Assembly: GCA_902785275.1 (NCBI GenBank)
Contig: CACZYB010000001.1
Span: forward strand, 199,884-263,883
Origin: an uncultured Pseudomonadota bacterium
Lineage (GTDB): Bacteria > Pseudomonadota > Alphaproteobacteria > Rs-D84 > CACZYB01
Length of the DNA stretch: 64,000 nt
Direction: 5' to 3'
In this document: piece after piece, positions 8,700-18,031 of the stretch
Position numbering within the stretch: the stretch's first letter is position 1
Layout of the letters: each line of letters begins with the position of its first letter
Made by a program: the position numbers and the translations under genes
Notes under the pieces: model-generated
The model's database searches: none
What the model was told of the DNA's origin: nothing
The model's input: the letters and a program-made list of their open reading frames with translations, nothing else

Positions 8700-9969
8700 T
8701 AATATCCATTACACCATCAAAAATATTTTCAATATTTATAGTTTCAGGATATTCCTCCAAAAGTCCAGAATATTTCATTTCAAAAACACCTTTTTCAATA
8801 TTCTTTGGGCTGATAATAGCACGTATAGGAGCACCAATCAAATCTGCATTTGCAAACTTTGAACCAGCTCTATCATCTGTTGTATCAATAATTACTTCAA
8901 TCCCAGCGGCAATCAAATTATTATAAAGTTTTTCCGCCAAAGTTTTTGCTTCGCCATCACCTATTGCAATAATGTGAACCTTATATGGAGCAACCGCCAT
9001 ATTAAATACAGCCTTTGATTCATTTTCACTTTGTTCAAGAAGACATCCAAACACACGGCTTACACCAATGCCATAGCAACCCATAATAGGTGTTTGTTTT
9101 TGACCTTCGGCATCAGTATATGATACATTCATTGACTTTGTGTATTTATCCCCAAGTTGGAAGATATTACCAACCTCAACACCACGAAGTTTATTTAAAG
9201 GTTTTCCACACTTTGGACATACCAAAATATCATCCGCATCTTTATCAGTTAAAACTTCTTTGTTTGCACGATAATCACATCCAGAACAAGTATAAATTGT
9301 ATCTTCACCAATATCACTTATCATCTGGAATTCGTGGGAAATCTTTCCTCCCATATCACCAGTAGGAGCAAGAATATCAATCACATTTTTCATACCAATG
9401 CTTTTGTAAATCTTATGATACACATTTAAAAGTATATCATAAAAACTATTCAAATCTTCCCATGATGAATGGAAAGAGTAAGCATCCTTCATCATAAATT
9501 CACGACAACGAATTAACCCTGCTCTTGCCCTTAATTCATCACGATACTTTGTCTGAATTTGATAGAGGCAAAGTGATTTAGGAGCAGATGGTAATTGCTT
9601 ATAACTTTGAAGAATTGAGCGAACATAATCTGTTACAATTTCTTCATGTGTAGGATTTACAACAGCATCAATTCCTGCACGTGTTTTAAATTTCAAAAGA
9701 ACATCAATGTTTTCACGACCAGTTTCTTTCCAAAGAGAAAGTGGTGATACAACCGGCATATTCATTTCCTGACATCCAACTGAATCAAGTTCTTTTCTAA
9801 TAATCTTTTCAATATTTTGTAAAACTTTAAAACCAAGTGGAGAATAAGTATAAAGCCCCGCACCTGTCTGATGAATATATCCACCCTTTAATGCAAGTTT
9901 ATGCCCAGATGTTGTAGCATCCGCAGGCAACTCCTTCATTCTTTTGATAAATAAATTTTCTATCTGCAT
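8683..9969 (-). CDS. proS: Prolyl-tRNA synthetase (short form without the large editing insertion)
   Basis: 428 aa with class II motifs and a C-terminal anticodon-binding region, for example YQIQTKYRDELRARAGLIRCREFMMKDAYSF and GCYGIGVSR. Confidence 0.9.
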   Translation of the reverse strand: MQIENLFIKRMKELPADATTSGHKLALKGGYIHQTGAGLYTYSPLGFKVLQNIEKIIRKELDSVGCQEMNMPVVSPLSLWKETGRENIDVLLKFKTRAGIDAVVNPTHEEIVTDYVRSILQSYKQLPSAPKSLCLYQIQTKYRDELRARAGLIRCREFMMKDAYSFHSSWEDLNSFYDILLNVYHKIYKSIGMKNVIDILAPTGDMGGKISHEFQMISDIGEDTIYTCSGCDYRANKEVLTDKDADDILVCPKCGKPLNKLRGVEVGNIFQLGDKYTKSMNVSYTDAEGQKQTPIMGCYGIGVSRVFGCLLEQSENESKAVFNMAVAPYKVHIIAIGDGEAKTLAEKLYNNLIAAGIEVIIDTTDDRAGSKFANADLIGAPIRAIISPKNIEKGVFEMKYSGLLEEYPETINIENIFDGVMDIIAKEK

Positions 9970-10232
9970 TTTTCATCCTTAATATTAACAAATAAACCAA
10001 CTTCTTTATTTCGCTTTTCTGCATTTTGAGGATTATACTTTCCTTCCTTAAAACACTTGTGACATGGACTATCGCAACCCCAATTATTTGAAGAACATGT
10101 ATTATCAAAAAAATGAGGACACCCTTTAAAAAAGCCAACAGGAGAAGTATCTTTTTCTTCTTCCTTTAATTGTTCCAAATAACCATTATAATAATAACGA
10201 TCTATTGAAATTTTTCTAAATATTTTTCTCAT
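9960..10232 (-). CDS. Small Cys-rich protein (7 Cys), function unknown
   Basis: 90-aa ORF. Its ATG overlaps the infA stop (TAATG at 10234-10230) and its 3' end overlaps the proS start by 10 nt. This tight coupling argues that it is real. Confidence 0.6.
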   Translation of the reverse strand: MRKIFRKISIDRYYYNGYLEQLKEEEKDTSPVGFFKGCPHFFDNTCSSNNWGCDSPCHKCFKEGKYNPQNAEKRNKEVGLFVNIKDEKCR

Positions 10233-10483
10233 TATAATTCTTCTTTAATTGTACCTTGCTTATCTTTGTAACGGAAAGTAATGCGACCTTTTGATAAATC
10301 ATATGGAGTCATTTCAATATTTACAACATCACCAACCATAACCCATATTCTAAACTTTCTCATTTTTCCAGCGGTATGAGCAATAACCTGATGACCATTT
10401 TCAAGTTCAACTTTGAACATAGCATTTGGAAGTTTATCAATAACAGTACCTTTAAATTCCAATAATTCTTCTTTATCTGACAT
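10232..10483 (-). CDS. infA: Translation initiation factor IF-1
   Basis: [62 protein letters not shown] is a highly conserved S1-like fold sequence. Confidence 0.95.
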   Translation of the reverse strand: MSDKEELLEFKGTVIDKLPNAMFKVELENGHQVIAHTAGKMRKFRIWVMVGDVVNIEMTPYDLSKGRITFRYKDKQGTIKEEL

Positions 10484-10568
10484 AATTTAACCTTTTTTGT
10501 TGTTTTTATTGTTATAATTCATTATACTTATAGAACAATTTTAATGGATTTGCAAGAAGGTTTTTATT

Positions 10569-11513
10569 ATGAATTATTTAGAATTCTTTCATTTTGATAA
10601 TCATCCCTTTGCTGGCGATGAAAATCTTAACTATTTTTTCCCCAAAAAATATTTTCTAAAAATTACGGATGATATGATAAATTTCTGCAGATTTAAGGGA
10701 GGAATTTACATAATCACCGGAAATACAGGTGTTGGAAAATCAACCCTACTTAACAATATTTTACAAACTTTGAATAATAATGATATCACTATTTCATTAC
10801 AGGCAGATGAAAAAACTGATGTTTTAAAAATCATCGCAAATAAAATAGGTGTAGATAGTCGAAACATAAACTCTATTTTATCAAAACTTTCTACAATATA
10901 CTCTGGCGGTAAAAACATTATCATATCTATTGATAAGGCTGAAAATCTTTCAAAGGAAGAATTTGTAAATCTTTACTCCTTAATTAAGGTTATTCCAAAC
11001 TTAAGGATTATTCTTTGCGGCAAAAAGACTTTGTATAAAACATTAAAACATAAAGCTGTAAGCCCAATAAAGAAATTTATTGTAAAAAAATTCAAAATCA
11101 AACATCCAAGCATTTTCCAAACCGTAAACTATATTTCATACATTGAAAAAAATGCTTTGGCTTTAAGTCAGTATAAACCAGTTATTTCAAAACCTTCATT
11201 ATTTTTAATTGCACTATGCACCAACAGAAATATCAAAAACATAAATTATATATCTGAAAAATCTTTGATTGATGCATTCACAAACAGACAAGAAAAAGTT
11301 CGCATCAAAAATGTTTTCTCTGTTATAAAGGAAAATTTTGATACTGTAAAATATAACATCTATCTTAAATTTCAAAAGTTTTTCTTTTTACTTCTTTTGA
11401 TTTTCTCATTGTACTATGCAATGAAAATAATATTGGATAGAAACGATTTGATTAACCACATAGAAGCACAAAAATCCATCCGCAAACAAGAACAAGAATT
11501 AAGGAATAATTAA
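10569..11513 (+). CDS. ExeA/GspA-like AAA ATPase with C-terminal TM segment
   Basis: The N-terminus YLEFFHFDNHPF and Walker A ITGNTGVGKSTLLNNI are present, a possible Walker B is IIISIDKAE, and a TM helix FFFLLLLIFSLYYAMKII lies near the C-terminus. Confidence 0.65.
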   Translation: MNYLEFFHFDNHPFAGDENLNYFFPKKYFLKITDDMINFCRFKGGIYIITGNTGVGKSTLLNNILQTLNNNDITISLQADEKTDVLKIIANKIGVDSRNINSILSKLSTIYSGGKNIIISIDKAENLSKEEFVNLYSLIKVIPNLRIILCGKKTLYKTLKHKAVSPIKKFIVKKFKIKHPSIFQTVNYISYIEKNALALSQYKPVISKPSLFLIALCTNRNIKNINYISEKSLIDAFTNRQEKVRIKNVFSVIKENFDTVKYNIYLKFQKFFFLLLLIFSLYYAMKIILDRNDLINHIEAQKSIRKQEQELRNN

Positions 11514-12713
11514 TTGTCAAACATAGGAAGACGTATTTCAAAAAACTCCTCTAACTCTTATGGTTGGATAAGAGATTTAAAGCGTGGTGAAGTAAAATTC
11601 AATAAACCTGTTGTTCTTTGCCTTGCGGGTGATGCAACACAGGATGATATTTCTGCAAATGGTATGGCAAAAGAAGCCGAAGATATACTTGGCAGAAACG
11701 GTATCACCGATAATGATATACAAATACTTTCGGTACAATACCCAAAGAAAAAACTTTATGCTAACCAATTTTCTATGGAACGACGTAGCTTTGCTGAACA
11801 ATTTAACAATGATAGTGATGAAATAAAAAATCCACAGTATATAAAGGATATTTACTCAATACTTTTTCAACCACTTATCATAAATGCAAAGGGTCAAAGA
11901 TTCTCTTTTTCCGAAGCACAATCAAAGTTCAGAAATCTTACCATATTTGCACATTGTCATGGAACATTTGTTTCCTGTAAATTAATGTCATATTTAAGGG
12001 AAGAAATGAAAAAATATGGCTATAACGAAGACGAAATAAATTTATTAATGGGAGAAATTGTAAATATAGGTTTAAGCCCCCGAGTTGGTTTCCACCGAAA
12101 TGACGGTTCATTAAAATTTGGATTTACAATGCTTGATGATGCAATTGCATCCTACCTTTACCCAATATTAACAGAAAATTCTGGTAAAAATTGTGTAATA
12201 TCAACACTTGGTCTTGGGTTAATAGAACACGAAAACGCAAATATGTATTTTTCAGGTGATAATCTTAACTACACAGATATAGACAATGATACTTTTTGCC
12301 TTTTGGATACAACCTTTATGCATTGTGTAAATTGCTACACAGACGACGAATTTTATTACACAACAGAGACAAAAAGAACTCTAAATAAAAACAATGTCGG
12401 AAAAAATATTTCCCATTTAATAGTTCGAAGCCTACAAAATGCTGTTTCACTATCAAAACAAAATGTAAAAAGAACTGTTGAAAACATAATTTCAAACCAA
12501 ACTCCTATAACATTTAAACAGGGAAGCAAAGAACTTAATTCAAAGTTTTTAAATGTAAAATTCACTGGTAATAATGCATCATTCAAAAAAACTTTGGATG
12601 ACTATACAAAGCAAGCAAAAGAAAAACGTTTCGAAAAAGCAGAAAATAAAATAAAAGACAAAGAAGTTGCCGAAATTTTAAAAACATCCATAACAAAATC
12701 GATTGAAAAATAA
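11514..12713 (+). CDS. Hypothetical protein; possible alpha/beta-hydrolase-like fold with a Cys in the nucleophile-elbow position
   Basis: The ORF begins with TTG directly after the ExeA-like stop, so the start is uncertain. PVVLCLAGD followed about 100 aa later by LTIFAHCHGTF resembles the strand plus Sm-x-Nu-x-Sm elbow arrangement. Confidence 0.55.
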   Translation: MSNIGRRISKNSSNSYGWIRDLKRGEVKFNKPVVLCLAGDATQDDISANGMAKEAEDILGRNGITDNDIQILSVQYPKKKLYANQFSMERRSFAEQFNNDSDEIKNPQYIKDIYSILFQPLIINAKGQRFSFSEAQSKFRNLTIFAHCHGTFVSCKLMSYLREEMKKYGYNEDEINLLMGEIVNIGLSPRVGFHRNDGSLKFGFTMLDDAIASYLYPILTENSGKNCVISTLGLGLIEHENANMYFSGDNLNYTDIDNDTFCLLDTTFMHCVNCYTDDEFYYTTETKRTLNKNNVGKNISHLIVRSLQNAVSLSKQNVKRTVENIISNQTPITFKQGSKELNSKFLNVKFTGNNASFKKTLDDYTKQAKEKRFEKAENKIKDKEVAEILKTSITKSIEK

Positions 12714-12791
12714 TGGGGCGAGTGATCAGATTCGAACTGACGGCATCCAGTACCACAAACTGGCGCTCTAACCAACTGAGCTACACTCGCC
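12714..12791 (-). tRNA. tRNA-His(GUG)
   Basis: The reverse complement GGCGAGTGTAGCTCAGTTGGTTAGAGCGCCAGTTTGTGGTACTGG...GGTTCGAATC..CACTCGCCCCA has anticodon loop TTGTGGT and an 8-bp acceptor stem (G-1) typical of tRNA-His. Confidence 0.9.
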
Positions 12792-12886
12792 ATAGTAAAG
12801 AATAACAGATTTATAACCTAAAACTTTTGAAAAATCAAGAAAAAATCAAAAATTTCAAAATAAATACCGTTATATATCAAAAATTC

Positions 12887-12914
12887 TTGACTTTTACCTT
12901 GTTTTGTCTATAAT
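12887..12914 (+). promoter_or_regulatory. Near-consensus sigma70 promoter
   Basis: TTGACT (12887-12892), a 16-nt spacer, then TATAAT (12909-12914), about 40 nt upstream of the ATG at 12956. Confidence 0.6.
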
Positions 12915-12955
12915 TTGGTTTAAAAATAAAAAATAATGAAAGATAATAAACTATT

Positions 12956-13516
12956 ATGCGTAAAAATACAAAAAATAATGTTAAAAAATCCGACCATATA
13001 AACACATATCTAATTCTATCTGCACTACTTGTAAGTGTTATTCTTGGAAATTATGTGTATGAAAGGGAAAATGATTTAAGAAATTCAGATTTTGAACTAA
13101 AGGAAAGCTATGTTCTATCCGTCTTTAAAGATGTAGAATACAGATTAAAAGAAGATAATATAAAATCTCAAGAGAAAACTTTCAAAAGCGGAAGAAACGA
13201 ATTATTCTACAACTATACTATTATTTTTGATAGAAATAATGATAGAGTATTTGATCCAGAAAAGGATGAAATAATACAAATCACAAAACAACATCATATG
13301 GTTCCTGTTCAAAAAGGAGACCACGCTGTATACATAGAAAAAAGAAAAAAAGGAAAACTTCTTGATATAGAAGTTCTTGCATTAAAAGCAAACAATAATG
13401 TATATAATGTTTACCGTAATCCCGAAGACTTCTTTGATAAAAATTATTGGAAGAAAAATGAGTCTTTTAGACAAGCAATTAATTTGTTTTACAGTAAATA
13501 TGCAAACCAAAAATAA
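12956..13516 (+). CDS. Membrane-anchored hypothetical protein (paralog A)
   Basis: N-terminal TM LILSALLVSVILGNYV. The C-terminal half is alignable with the next ORF (KGDHAVYIEKR...YSKYANQK versus KGDTIVYIERE...ANKYVNQK). Confidence 0.65.
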   Translation: MRKNTKNNVKKSDHINTYLILSALLVSVILGNYVYERENDLRNSDFELKESYVLSVFKDVEYRLKEDNIKSQEKTFKSGRNELFYNYTIIFDRNNDRVFDPEKDEIIQITKQHHMVPVQKGDHAVYIEKRKKGKLLDIEVLALKANNNVYNVYRNPEDFFDKNYWKKNESFRQAINLFYSKYANQK

Positions 13517-13563
13517 AAATTTTATGTAAACATTATCCTACACAAATAAAAAAAGGATTTAAT

Positions 13564-14052
13564 ATGAATAAGAATTCTCAAAATTTAAAATACAAACTTA
13601 ACCACATAACCGAAGGAAAAGGTCGCTTTGTCCTTGCTATTTTAATTTTGGGTTCTCTTAGTGCATTACTTAAAAATTCAAAGGATATCAGTAATAAAGA
13701 AAAATCATTTAACTTTGATATAAAAGAAGCACCAATCCTTGAAAAATCAAATAACTTCAAAACATTTATCCTTGATACAGATAAAAATGGCATATATGAA
13801 AAAGACAAGGATATCGTAATAAGCGATACAACCTTAATCTTGCATAAATCTTCACAAAAAGGTGATACTATCGTTTATATCGAACGCGAAGGCTGGGAAC
13901 GAAAAATTCTCGCGATAAAAAAGGTTGGTTCAAAACAATATAATATCATTAAACGTCCTACTGATATTTATTCAGAAAGAGCTTTGAAAAACAATAATTC
14001 TTTCAATAAAGTAAAATTGATTTTTGCAAACAAATACGTAAATCAAAAATAA
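13564..14052 (+). CDS. Membrane-anchored hypothetical protein (paralog B)
   Basis: N-terminal TM FVLAILILGSLSALL. The C-terminal half is homologous to the preceding ORF. Confidence 0.65.
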   Translation: MNKNSQNLKYKLNHITEGKGRFVLAILILGSLSALLKNSKDISNKEKSFNFDIKEAPILEKSNNFKTFILDTDKNGIYEKDKDIVISDTTLILHKSSQKGDTIVYIEREGWERKILAIKKVGSKQYNIIKRPTDIYSERALKNNNSFNKVKLIFANKYVNQK

Positions 14053-14128
14053 AATTTTCTTGAAATTCCATATATAAGTGTTAAATAATATCCTTAGAAT
14101 CTTTTTTTTAAAAAAAAGGAGGTTTGAC

Positions 14129-14314
14129 ATGAATATAGGAAGACGACACAAAGAAATTTCCAACTGGATTATCACCGCAGTAGAGGAACGAATGATTACA
14201 CCATCAAAAGGTGCAAAATTCGCACTTGAAGAAAATAATCTTAAAGAAAACAATAAGAAATATAAAAAATATCTATCTTTCCTAAAACAAATAAAAAGGG
14301 AAAAAACAAGATAG
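14129..14314 (+). CDS. Small basic hypothetical protein (61 aa)
   Basis: The internal ATG at 14129 is preceded by AGGAGG (aaaggaggtttgacATG). The track ORF starts earlier at 14078 without an RBS. Confidence 0.45.
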   Translation: MNIGRRHKEISNWIITAVEERMITPSKGAKFALEENNLKENNKKYKKYLSFLKQIKREKTR

Positions 14315-14331
14315 TTTACACCAATAAAAAA

Positions 14332-14357
14332 ATACCTGCCGATTTTCCAGCAGGTAT
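14332..14357. terminator. Bidirectional hairpin terminator between convergent genes
   Basis: ATACCTGC-N10-GCAGGTAT is flanked by an A-run and a T-rich tract, between the small ORF and the dnaN 3' end. Confidence 0.6.
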
Positions 14358-14378
14358 TAATTTTATATACTCTATGTA

Positions 14379-15494
14379 TTAAATTCTCATAGGCATCAAA
14401 ACATAGATTGTTGATTCGTCATCAAGTTCCTTAATAATAGCAGGAGAAGAAGAATCAGAAATAACAAATTTCATAAATTTACCTTCTATCTGACCAGCAA
14501 TATCAAGAAGATATCTTGAATTGAAACCAATTTCCATTGATTCGTTATCATATTCAACTTCTACATCTTCAACGGCACTACCTGAATCAGGTGTTGAAGC
14601 AGAAAGTGTAAGTTTTGCTTTTGAAAGTTTAAGTTTAATTGCTTTTGACTTTTCATAAGAAACAGATGAAACACGGTCAACAGCTTCACTAAACAATTTG
14701 CAATCAACTTCCATTTCCTTATCATTTGATGTAGGAATAACCTTTTCATAGTCAGGGAATTTTCCATCAATAAGTTTTGATGTAATTGTTGTATTACCAA
14801 ATGTAAATCTTGCTTTTGTTTCACTTGTTTCAACTTTGATATCAGCAGAAGTATCATCAAGTTGAGCACGAAGTTCAGTAATAACTTTTCTTGGAACAAT
14901 TATGCTTGGCATACCTTTTGCACCTTCAGGAGAAGCAACATCTTGTCTTGCAAGTCTGTGACCATCAGTAGCAACAGCACGAAGCAATTCTTTACCATCT
15001 TTTTCCAAAGTATGGAAGAAAATACCGTTCAAGAAATATCTTGTTTCTTCTGTTGAAACAGCAAACTTTGTTTTATCAATAAGCTTTATCAAATCATCAC
15101 ATGGAAGTGTAAATCTGAAAGGCATTGATGAACTTGTCATAACAGGAAAATCAGTTGCAGGAAGAGCAGGAAGAGTAAATTCTGAATTTCCAGCTTTAAT
15201 CACAACGTTTGAATCATCACTTGAAGTTTTAAGTTCAACATCAAAACCTTCAGGAAGTTTTCTTACGATATCATAAAGAACATGAACAGGAATTGTAATA
15301 GAACCTTTTTCATTTATTGAACCTTCAACAACTTCAATAATTTCCAAATCTATATTTGTTGCTGTAAATTTCAATTCATCCCCAGCTTCGATTTTAACAT
15401 TCGAAAGAACAGGAATAGTAGATTTTTTTTCAACGATTCTGTAAAGGTGTGAAAGTGTCTTTACAAGGTTAGATTTAGCAACTGTAATATACAT
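14379..15494 (-). CDS. dnaN: DNA polymerase III beta sliding clamp
   Basis: 371 aa with the characteristic three-domain repeat and N-terminus ...L..L..V..VVEKKSTIPVLSNVKIEA. C-terminus IYVLMPMRI. Confidence 0.9.
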   Translation of the reverse strand: MYITVAKSNLVKTLSHLYRIVEKKSTIPVLSNVKIEAGDELKFTATNIDLEIIEVVEGSINEKGSITIPVHVLYDIVRKLPEGFDVELKTSSDDSNVVIKAGNSEFTLPALPATDFPVMTSSSMPFRFTLPCDDLIKLIDKTKFAVSTEETRYFLNGIFFHTLEKDGKELLRAVATDGHRLARQDVASPEGAKGMPSIIVPRKVITELRAQLDDTSADIKVETSETKARFTFGNTTITSKLIDGKFPDYEKVIPTSNDKEMEVDCKLFSEAVDRVSSVSYEKSKAIKLKLSKAKLTLSASTPDSGSAVEDVEVEYDNESMEIGFNSRYLLDIAGQIEGKFMKFVISDSSSPAIIKELDDESTIYVLMPMRI

Positions 15495-15619
15495 AATTTA
15501 TCTCCTTTTCTTTTTTGATTCTGGTTTGATTCTAGTACCAAACATATACTAAAAGCAAGCAATAAATTTTTTATTTTTAAAAGAAAATAAATTACCGGAA
15601 AAATCAAATAATTGAAAAA

Positions 15620-15648
15620 GGGAAAAGCCCCCAAAAGGAGGCTTTTTA
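15620..15648. terminator. Hairpin terminator
   Basis: AGCCCCCAAAAGGAGGCT has flanking A/T runs and lies downstream of the 15665 ORF on the minus strand. Confidence 0.5.
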
Positions 15649-15664
15649 AAAACGAATCTTTTTA

Positions 15665-15940
15665 TTACCCACGAGGTCTATTATACGAAGACATCATAAT
15701 TTTTACTGTTCTCATTTTTTGTTCATCAGAATAGCAATCATTCATTTCATCATAAAATTTTGAAAACTTACAATACCCCAAATTTTTACATCTTGAAGCC
15801 AAATTATTCTTTTGATAAACAATACAATTTCTACATTGCATAACAAAAGAACGCTTCTTAATATTTGTTGCATCATCTTTATAAAAACCAGTGTATTTAA
15901 TAATCTTTGGACCTTTCACTTCTTTCATAATATACCCCAC
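15665..15940 (-). CDS. Small Cys-rich protein (6 Cys), function unknown
   Basis: 91-aa ORF (GTG start; the internal ATG at 15928 gives MKEVKG...). It is bracketed by its own terminators (15952-15987 upstream, 15620-15648 downstream). Confidence 0.5.
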   Translation of the reverse strand: MGYIMKEVKGPKIIKYTGFYKDDATNIKKRSFVMQCRNCIVYQKNNLASRCKNLGYCKFSKFYDEMNDCYSDEQKMRTVKIMMSSYNRPRG

Positions 15941-15951
15941 TTAATACGCTC

Positions 15952-15987
15952 AAAAAAAAGGGGGCAGAATAAAAAATTCTGTCGCCC
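15952..15987 (-). terminator. Rho-independent terminator after tig
   Basis: The minus strand reads GGGCGACAGAAT-TTTTTT-ATTCTGCCCCC followed by TTTTTTTT. Confidence 0.65.
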
Positions 15988-16007
15988 AATTTTTTTATAA
16001 TAAAAAA

Positions 16008-17312
16008 TTATTTTCTTACTTTCATAAGGTCAGATGCAGAAACTTCTTTTTCCTTCATCTTTACCTTCGAAAGGATAACATCCAAAACTTTATCTTCAAA
16101 AATACCAGCCTTAATACCTTCAGCAGCTTGAGGATTCTTTGTATAATATTCGAATACCTGTTGAGCTTGGTTTGGATATCTCATAGCTTCTTGCATAATT
16201 GCGTTTTGAATTTCGTTTTGATCAATCTTAATTTCGCTCTTCTTACCAATATCAGCAAGGATTAAACCAAGTTTAACACGAGAAGTAGCTTGTTTCTTAA
16301 GTTCTTCTTTCTTCTTTGCTTCTGCTTTTTCATCCATTTTTTCATTTGGATTTGCTTGTTTAAATTGAGCAAACATGAAATTAACTTCTTGATCAATCAA
16401 AGATTCTGGAACTTCGATTTTTTCATCAGCAAGCTTATCTAAAACTTCATCTTTCATAAGGTTTTTAGAAGCTGTTTCATAGTTTTGTTCCAAAAGTTCT
16501 TTTACATAAACTTTTAAATCAGCCAAATCTTTTCTTTTAAGATCAACAGCAAATTTATCATCTATTACTGGAACTTTCTTTTCTTTAATAGAATTGATTT
16601 TTACTTTGAATAAAGCTTTTGCACCAGCCAATTTTTCATGACCATAATCTTTTGGGAATTCAACGTTTACATCAACATCATCACCCTTTGATTTACCGAT
16701 AAGTTGATCTTCGAATCCAGGGATAAATGCACCACTACCAAGTTCAAGTGGATAATTATCAGCTTTACCACCTTCAAATTCAACACCATCAACAGAACCA
16801 ACAAAGTTGATATCAACAACATCACCTTTTTTAGTTTTTCTATCTTCTGTAACTTCTTCAAAAGTATATCTTGAATTTGCGATATTTTGGATTGCTTCAT
16901 CAATTTCTTTATCGCCAGCTTTTGCAACTTTCTTTTCAACAGAAATTTTTGAAAAATCGATATCTTTAATTTCTGGAATAATTTCAAAGTCAGCAGAGAA
17001 TTTTAATGGTTCATTTCTTACAAAGCTATCAACTTTTACTTGAGGAGCAACAGCAGGATTAATTTTCTTTTCTTCACAGTAAGAAACTAATGTTTCATTG
17101 ATAAGAGCGTTTAAAACATCACCAATGAAATGACCTTCGTATTTTGATCTAATAACATCCATAGGAACATGACCCTTACGGAAACCTTTTTCTTCATGAT
17201 TTTTTGCAAATTCAGCAAGTTGTTCATTTAATTTTGTTTCAAAAACATCTGCTGGGATTTCAAAAGATAATTCGTATTTAATACCTTTAATTTTTTCTTT
17301 TATTGGTTGCAT
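16008..17312 (-). CDS. tig: Trigger factor
   Basis: 434 aa with an N-terminal ribosome-binding region (GFRKGHVP), a central FKBP-type PPIase region (FEGGKADNYPLELGSGAFIPGFEDQLIG) and a helical C-terminus. Confidence 0.9.
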   Translation of the reverse strand: MQPIKEKIKGIKYELSFEIPADVFETKLNEQLAEFAKNHEEKGFRKGHVPMDVIRSKYEGHFIGDVLNALINETLVSYCEEKKINPAVAPQVKVDSFVRNEPLKFSADFEIIPEIKDIDFSKISVEKKVAKAGDKEIDEAIQNIANSRYTFEEVTEDRKTKKGDVVDINFVGSVDGVEFEGGKADNYPLELGSGAFIPGFEDQLIGKSKGDDVDVNVEFPKDYGHEKLAGAKALFKVKINSIKEKKVPVIDDKFAVDLKRKDLADLKVYVKELLEQNYETASKNLMKDEVLDKLADEKIEVPESLIDQEVNFMFAQFKQANPNEKMDEKAEAKKKEELKKQATSRVKLGLILADIGKKSEIKIDQNEIQNAIMQEAMRYPNQAQQVFEYYTKNPQAAEGIKAGIFEDKVLDVILSKVKMKEKEVSASDLMKVRK

Positions 17313-17353
17313 TTTTAATTCCTTGATTAAGGTTAGATTAATAATTTATTTAA

Positions 17354-17438
<85 letters not shown>

Positions 17439-17547
17439 AAATTTCATTTAACACCGATTATTTATATCACAAAAAAAAATAATTTCCATAAAAAAAATTA
17501 AAATTTTTAAAAATATGTGTTATAATACCATTCGTCTGGAGGGGAAA

Positions 17548-18027
17548 ATGAGACGTTTTTTGTGTATCATATTGTTTTTATTCACAAATTTACATTCAGC
17601 ATACGCTGGAGAAGCTCGTTTTTCAGGTAATCCTATCCCTCGATTCGTTTCAATTGCAAAAACTCCTGCAAATACTCGTGTTGGTCCTGATATCAACTAT
17701 CCTGTAAAATTTGTATACCAATCAAAATACACTCCTGTAAGAGTTGTAAACGAATATTTCGGATGGTACCAAGTAGAAGATATAAATGGAGATCTTTCAT
17801 GGATACATAAAAATTCAATCGGAAAACCAAACTATGTTATGACACTACACGATGGTACAAAGCTTTATCAAAAGAAAAAATTAACCTCCAAAGTTATCGC
17901 AAAAGTTGATAAGGGAACCACATTCAAAGTGTTAAAATGTTCCTCTGGTTTTTGTAAGGTTGAAACCACTTTCAATGGAACATTATTTACCGGATATTTA
18001 ATTCAAGATAACCTATGGGGTATATAA
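17548..18027 (+). CDS. Secreted SH3-like domain protein (DUF1058-type)
   Basis: The start was moved to the ATG at 17548 (RBS GGAGGGG). Signal peptide MRRFLCIILFLFTNLHSAYA. RFVSIAKTPANTRVGPDINYPVKFVY...GWYQVEDINGDLSWIH is the bacterial SH3 pattern. Confidence 0.75.
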   Translation: MRRFLCIILFLFTNLHSAYAGEARFSGNPIPRFVSIAKTPANTRVGPDINYPVKFVYQSKYTPVRVVNEYFGWYQVEDINGDLSWIHKNSIGKPNYVMTLHDGTKLYQKKKLTSKVIAKVDKGTTFKVLKCSSGFCKVETTFNGTLFTGYLIQDNLWGI

Positions 18028-18031
18028 GGAT

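Noticed and set aside
12602-12793. 63-aa minus-strand ORF
   Set aside because: It is simply a translation through tRNA-His.
11514-14160. A shared N-terminal NIGRR motif (MSNIGRRISKN at 11514 versus MNIGRRHKEISN at 14129)
   Set aside because: Only 5-6 residues match and both starts are uncertain. This is too short to infer homology.
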